Part shown: piece after piece, positions 57,419-64,000 of the stretch
Layout: every line of letters begins with the position of its first letter
Position numbering within the stretch: the first letter of the stretch is position 1
Notes under the pieces: generated by a model
The model's input: only the letters and a program-made list of their open reading frames with translations
The model's database searches: none
What the model was told of the DNA's origin: nothing
Assembly (NCBI RefSeq): GCF_016433145.1
Contig: NC_058134.1
Span: 218,628,404-218,692,403, forward strand
DNA length: 64,000 nucleotides
Direction: 5' to 3'
Source of the DNA: Gracilinanus agilis
Lineage: Eukaryota
Made by a program: the position numbers and the translations under genes

Positions 57419-60400
57419 CTCTAGGTTCTTGAAGGCATTGACAATTGGGCATGAACTCTTTCAATTCCTACTAAACTGGAAAGGCTTCAGGTAGGTCTAG
57501 TGACAGACAGGATTTGTAATCAGAAGATATGTTTATAGGTTCATGAGACCCAGAACTGGGTGGGACTTTGGAGACTATCTAATCTGACTGCTTCATTTTA
57601 CAAAGGAGAAAATTAAGGTCTAGAAAAGGGGCATGACTTACCCACTATCACACGGTGAATAATTAGCCAAGCCAGAACTGGAATCCAAGTCTGTTGACTC
57701 CCAACTAGCTCTTTGTCCATGACAAAATGCTAATATATAGGTAGATGTGCCATGTCTCAGATGAAACAAAATAAAGCAACTCTGGGTTGGGTAATCAATT
57801 TTTAATATTTTTTTTTTACTTGCTGACTCCCAGGATTTCAATGTAGCCTGATTTCTTTCATGCCAGGGGCTGACAGGCTAGAGCTCGTTAGCAAGGCTGA
57901 GCTAGATATAAAGAAAAGGAGTCTAATGAGAATTATGCTTTCAAAAGTCCCACGAGATCCTCAAATGTCTCCTTTTTAAGAGAAGCTAGGGCAATAAGGG
58001 ATCTGGCTGTGGCATGTGATTAGGCTATCCAGACTGTCCAGAACCAAATTCATTTTTGTTCAAAGGCCCCCATATTTGTAGTGTGTAGAAGGAAGTATTT
58101 TGTACTTCAAAGGTAATGGGCACTAGACATGAAAAATGGGTCAAGTTGCACCTCTACTACTTAGCTCTGTGACCTGGGAAAAGTTCCTTCCCTTCCGTGG
58201 ACCTTAGTTTCTACCTCTTTCAAAGGAAGAGTTTGGGGAGGCCAATGAAGATGGGAGGGTGAGGAAAAAAAAAAAGAGAAATCCCACGTTTTTTCATATA
58301 ACTAATCCAACAAGTTCAAAGAAGAGCTCCAGAGTACGTGATTATTGGGAAATCCAAGGAAAAATTGCAGTGGGGGATCTCTCTCAACCCAGTTTGACAA
58401 CAAAAGATAGCCTTCCAATGTCCAGAGAGAGCTGGGCTCCACAGCATTTTTTTTTAACCCTTACTTTCTCTTAGAATCAACACTGTATATTGGTTCCAAG
58501 GCAAAGGAGTAGTAAGGGCTAGGCAATGGGAATTAAGTGACTTGCCCAGGGTCACACCACTAGGAAGTGTCTGAGGCCACATTTGAACCCAAGGGTCTCC
58601 ATCTCCATGTCTGGCTCTCAGTCCCCTAAGCCACCTAGCTGCCCTCACCCTACAGCTTTTTAATGGGACTGGTCAGTGAGCCTACTACGGCTGTGTTTCT
58701 CTGGCCAAGCTTGCCCGTGTGATGACAGGAGTCAGAGCCAGTGACTGTCTATTAGAGCTCCAACAAGGGAAAAGCCTACAGCTCTTTCTGAGGCCTTCAG
58801 CAAGGGCTGGGAACCTGGAATGCTCAGATCCAAAGGTCAGTCAGTGATCAGGCTTATCAGGGAACTAAAAAGGCCTGAACCACCCTTCAAGTCCTTCAAC
58901 AACATTGTGCTCAATACTTAAGGAAGCAGGAGCAAGACCCCACCATTTATTCCAGAAGAGCACAAAGTCTGGTCCTGATCCCAAATCCCAGTTCGGACAG
59001 TAGGATCAGACTGGGGAATGAGTAAACAAAAGTCACCAACAATAAAGAAATTTCACGGACCTAGGGATAACAAGACAATCCCCAAAGAGGACAACTCCAC
59101 ACCATCTATAAGCAAAGCCTCAAATAAAACAAAACAAAACAAAAACACAGGTTGGCCAAAAGGTCAATAGAATTTCTAAAAGAAATAAAGCGAGAGTTCT
59201 AAAATAATATTGTTAGCAACATGAGATATTTAGAGGAAATATTTGGTAAGAAAATAAATTGCTTCATGTAAGAGGCACAAAATCTTACCCAAGTAACAGA
59301 CACCCAGATAATTAAAATGAACCAAACATACCAATGATCCCATGAGACAATAAATACTGGATCAAAAATCAAAAGACTGAAAAATATAGGAAAATATGTA
59401 ACATAGCTATTATCAAAAAAGTTTGACCTAGAAAACAGATTAAAGAGATAAAATGTGAGAGTCATTGAACTGACTGAAAAACACAATTGCCCAACAAAAA
59501 AGCCTGGACAGTATATTTTACAACATGAGTTAAAACTGCCCAAAGAAGAGGGCAAAGTAAAACTAGAAAGAATCCATTGGTAACTTCCTGAAAGAAATTC
59601 CACAATGAACATTTCCATAAATGTTATAACCAAAATCCAGGGCTTCTGAATCAAAGAAAGAATGCCACACATGGCTGTAAAGAAAGAATTTCAATTCCAA
59701 AAAGCCATAACTAACTAACTTGGCAACTAATACCCTAAGGGGAAGACCTTGGAATAGCATATTCCAAAAAGCAAAATATAATGACTTATAATAAAAAAAA
59801 TAATTTATATTGAATAACTGAGTATAATTCTATGGTTGGGAATGGGGAGGAGAAGGCAGTTGAAATAGAGGACTCCCAAGCATTCCTGGTGAAAAGGCCA
59901 GAACTGTGTAGATGCTTTGAAATTCAAATATAGCCATCAAGAGTAACATAAAAATTTGAACAATTGGAAGGGACTATACAAGGATGAAATGTTTACATTC
60001 CAGTGGGAGAGAAGGAAAAAATATCCCTTCAAAATCTTAATGTCACCCAAGTCATAGAGGACTTTAAATAAAACAAAGGCCATGGAAGTTTTATATTATC
60101 TTAAGAAAAGAGGGGGGAGAAAAAGTTGATACACTAGGTGGGGAAAGTAGAAGTTAAGAGTCTAATATATCTAAGTACACAAAAATAAAACTATATAAAC
60201 ATGTGGGAAAGGTGTCACTTGAAACTTTATTTCATATGAATTTGTTAAAGGAAAGTAGAACACAAATATTAACACACCCAAAAAAAGAGGTTGGATATAG
60301 AAATATGTGCAATTCATCAGGGAAACGGGAATGAAATGGGCAAAGAAACAAAAAGAAGAATAGATTCAAAGAGTGATTAGTCATCAGCAAACAAACTTTA

Positions 60401-60637
60401 ACATTGAAGGATGAACCTGATTAGAATTTTAGAGAAGTTAGATATGACAAATCCCTGGTGCTTACTGAATGAGAATGGTATATTTACAAAAGAAAAAAAA
60501 ACCAACTGTGTAGTAGGGCATAAAAACCTTATTAATTGCAGAAAAATAGAAATATTAAAGATCTCATTTTCTTGACTATGAGGCAATAAAAAATTACATT
60601 CAATAAAGGTCTTTAACATTAAAAATTAATTGGGGAG

Positions 60638-61205
60638 GGGGCAGCTAGATGTATCAGTGGAAAGAGAATCAGGCCTGGAGACTAAAGTTCCGGGTTCAAA
60701 TCTGGCCTCAGACACTTCCTAGCTGTATGACCCTGGGCAAGGCATTTATTGCCTTGCCATTGCCTAGTCCTTACCATGCTTCTGACTTAGAACCAATATA
60801 TAGTATTGATTTTTTTCATAGTATTGATTCTTTTTTATTTTATTAAGAAAAATTTTCCATGGTTCCATGATTCATGTTCTTTCCCTCCTCTCCTCCCAGC
60901 CCCTTCCCATAGCCAATGAGCAATTCCACTGGGTTTTACATGTGTTGTTGATCAAGACCTATTTCCATATTATTGATATTTGCAGTAGGGTGATCACTTA
61001 GAGTCTACATCCCCAATCGTATCCCCATCAACCCATGTGATCAATCAGTTGTTTTTCTTCTGTGTTTCTGCTCCCACAGTTCTTTCTCTGGATGTGGAGA
61101 GCATCTTTCTCATAAGTCCCTCAAAAATCTCTTGGATCATTGCATTGCTGCTAGTAGATATAGTATTGATTCTGAGATGGAAGGTAAAGGTTTATTTTTT
61201 TTTTA
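60638..61205 (+). mobile_element. SINE1-like SINE inserted in the old L1 and itself split by an L1 3' end
   Basis: Head gggggcagctagatgtatcagtgga at ~60638. Tail gattctgagatggaaggtaaagg resumes at ~61168. Confidence 0.8.
60832..61159 (-). mobile_element. Short 5'-truncated L1 3' UTR insertion (same family as 6955-8633)
   Basis: Shares gacctatttccatattattgata..ctacatccccaatc..tatccccatcaacccatgtg with ~7105-7190. TSD atagtattgattct at 60818-60831 and 61160-61173. Confidence 0.88.
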
Positions 61206-64000
61206 TTAATTAGAGGTTAAATAATTTAATCCTACCTAAAGAAGTGGTAATATAGAGAATTAATCAGAGCTACAATAGTAACTTCAAATTCAAAGAAAGT
61301 GACCCAGAAAAAAAGACATACCAAAATGGGAAGACACAGCCAAAGTAAAACTGAGGAGAACATGTATATCCCAAATACTTTCATCAGCAAAAAAGAAAGA
61401 AATAACAGTTCAATTGAGTATGCAACTAAAAACTCAATAAATAAAAACCTAACAAAACGCCGAAGTTAAACATATTAAAATAATAATCATAATAACAAGC
61501 ATTTATTTATTTCTAACACTTGTTATATCATCTACTCCTCACAACAACCCTAGAAAGGAGGTAGTTTTGTTATCATCATTTCACACATGAAGAAACTAAG
61601 GCAGACAGAAAAATGACTCATCCAGGATCACACAGTTAACAATTGCCTCAGGCAGCATTTGAACTTAGATTAACTCACTTCTAAGTCCAAAATTATAACC
61701 ACTGTACCACCTAGCTGCCTAATAAAAAAAAAATTTAACTGATCTGATTTCTACAAAAAGGATGGGGGGAGGGGAAAGAGAGAAACCAAATTACCAGTAC
61801 TGAAGACCTGAATTCAGTTCATAACTCAAGCACTTAGCAACTGTACCACCTTGGGCTCATTTAATGTCATACTTATTAAATTCAGAATTTTTTTAATTTG
61901 ACAAACTAAATGAAGGACTGGCACTAGATGAATGCCACAGTCTTTTTGTAATATAATGTTCTGTGATTCTGTTTATATATTATATACAGAAGATAGTCTC
62001 TCTATAAAAATCTCAGATCAGTGGCTTACCTGAGAAGATTTTGATATGTCCCAAAAGAGCCACTGAAAGTACAGACCTGCCCTGTATTCGGTTCCTGAAA
62101 CCATGGGATCCTGGACGTAAGGTTGGAGGAAATCTTAAAGGTCATTTCTAGTCCTACCTCACCATTGCACAAATGCAGCCAAGAAAAATGAAATTACTTT
62201 CCCCAAACAAGTAGCAGGTGGTAGAAACAGGATTTGAACTTCAGTTCTCCAGCTCAATATCCTGTGGTCTTTCCACTGCTCTGCCTTTAATCATATTGTC
62301 ATCATCAAAATGATGTATTAGTAGCAATAACAGGCAAAGGATAAGTAGGCTTTCAACATTACTATACTCTATGACTAGAAAAATATTCTGAGCAAAACCC
62401 CATCTTGGAAACCACAGCAGCTTTCAGTGACAACAGCTTGGAGGAATTCAGTGGAAACTTAATTGCTATATTACACCTCAATACTCCCTTTGGATGTCTA
62501 CATCACAGAATTTAGGGATAGCAACAGCTCCACCCCCCCAAAAAAATTGATTCAATTCAACACATATTTATCAAGCATTTACTAGTTAAGTTAAAAAGTT
62601 GTTCTTCTGCATTCTCTCATCTGGAGACTGTTGGCTCCCAAGGGCTTAATTAACATCTCTCTGCAGAAGACAATGACGGAAATGTTCATACCCTTTGACC
62701 CAGAGAAATCGCTACACTAGTCACATATCCCGAAGAGGTCAACGACAAGCAGAAAGATCTCAGCTACTCAACAAAATCTATAGCAGCACCTTTGGGGGGT
62801 AGGAAAACACTAGCAACAAAGTCAATACCCATAAATTTAATGTTCTAGTTAATGGAATTTAGTTAATCTAATTAATCATTATTCATTACTAATTATTCAT
62901 TATTAAATTAATTTGATTAGTTGTTAATTTAGTAGTTGTCTAATTAATTTATTGGATATTAATGTTCTATAAGAAATAAATGTGACAAGCACAGAGACAT
63001 ATGAAAAGACTTAAGTGAACTGATGCAAAGCTATGTAAGTAGAGCCAGAAAAATAATATACAAAATTATTATCACCAAATTAAACAAAAATTGAATGGTG
63101 TGAGATTATAATGACCAAGTTTGACCCCAAAAGAAGATCTATGAGAAAAAAACTTCCCCAATTTCCTTCCCTTCTGCCTTCTTTGTAAAGGTGAGAGGCT
63201 ATGAATATGGAATGCTATATTGACTCAAATTTTTTCCAATATTTTGGTTAATTTTGTTGACTTGGGGTTTTTTTCCCTTTTTTAAATCTATATTATAAGG
63301 GGTGGCTCTCTGAGAATGGGTAGAGAGATACAATAAGAAATGTAGGTGATATAAAAACAAAAGATAAGAGTAGAAAAAAAGTAAGTGTTTTAATAAGAGG
63401 TCTTTAACCTGGGATCTGTGAACTTTTTAAAATATATATCAACAACTATATTTCATTCCAATGAACTTTGTTTACTGGGTAATCCTGTGTATTTTATTTG
63501 ATGTTTCTAAAAACATTCTGAGAAAAGGTATATATACTCTATCAGAATGCCCAAGGGATCTGTGGGTATCCCATGGGCAGGGCAAAAAGAGAGTATTTCC
63601 AAGTCGGAATGGTCAAAAAAGGCTTCTTCCTGGACATGAGACTTAAGCTGGTCCTTAAAGGGTGGAGAAATCTTGGATAGACCAAGAAGAAGCAGGAGAT
63701 CATGCTAGGCAGATATCAAATGGAGAAGAGACAAGAAGAATGACATTTTCCCTGAAGGGAATGTTCATGCTATGGGCTAATAAAAGAAGAGCAAGGAAGA
63801 TGTATTGAGGCAAGTAGGGTAGAATGGAAAATGTCTCAAACTTGGAGTCAAGAAAGACAAGTTTGAGTTTCAGGTCAGCTGTTTACTTTCTGTTCAAATT
63901 CAGACTCGACTCTTATCCTCTGTTTCCTCATTTCAAAAAATAAAGGCATAGGGGAAAGCTAGGTGACTCAGTACATAGAAAGTCAGGCCTAGAGACAGAA

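Larger units (their letters stand above)
58930..63370 (+). mobile_element. Ancient, heavily deleted L1 skeleton: ORF1 (~59.0-59.85 kb), ORF2 endonuclease pieces (~60.4-60.63 and 61.21-61.44 kb), ORF2 C-terminus plus 3' UTR (~62.65-63.37 kb)
   Basis: Decayed ORF1 DLENRLKR*NVRVIELTE..EGKVKLERIH; ORF2 LEKLDMTNPW..HKNL..CRKIEILK; C-terminal PFDP. Interrupted by SINEs. Whether this is one element or several is uncertain. Confidence 0.7.

Noticed and set aside
59199-59672. 157 aa hydrophobic minus-strand ORF
   Set aside because: It is antisense to A-rich decayed L1 ORF1, and its composition reflects that bias.
62850-62960. AT-rich quasi-palindromic stretch
   Set aside because: Low-complexity TAAT/ATT expansion inside the old L1 3' region; the symmetry is expected from its composition.
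49500-64000. Search for the next gene (EIF3D expected by human synteny)
   Set aside because: No CpG island or recognisable exon was seen; it presumably lies beyond the window.

Overview
Marsupial genomic DNA, most likely a didelphid opossum (inferred from abundant SINE1_Mdo-like and Mar1-like CORE-SINEs, opossum-type L1 and OposCharlie-type hAT MITEs). It contains the 3' three coding exons of CACNG2 (stargazin, TARP gamma-2) on the + strand: exon 2 at 23633-23716, exon 3 at 43224-43364 and exon 4 CDS at 45165-45700. Exon 1 lies upstream of the window, so 1-23632 is the distal part of intron 1. A 3' UTR with proximal (~46.06 kb), middle (~47.2 kb) and distal (49432) AATAAA signals follows, then ~14.5 kb of intergenic, repeat-dominated DNA. 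Nearly all other ORFs in the track come from repeats or low-complexity sequence. There are three short assembly gaps. I found no new protein-coding or RNA-gene system. The best second-look items are: young hAT MITEs with intact TIRs and TSDs (one inserted inside an opossum SINE); a dispersed 32-33 bp minisatellite that appears to derive from a SINE/LINE tail; a repeat-poor intron 2 regulatory cluster (perfect NFI palindrome, SINE-derived CTCF-like site, CpG patch); the alternative-polyadenylation, G-quadruplex and miRNA architecture of the 3' UTR; and a three-level nested insertion with a triplicated target site. Repeat family names are from recalled consensus features, not from a database search, and old-repeat boundaries are approximate.
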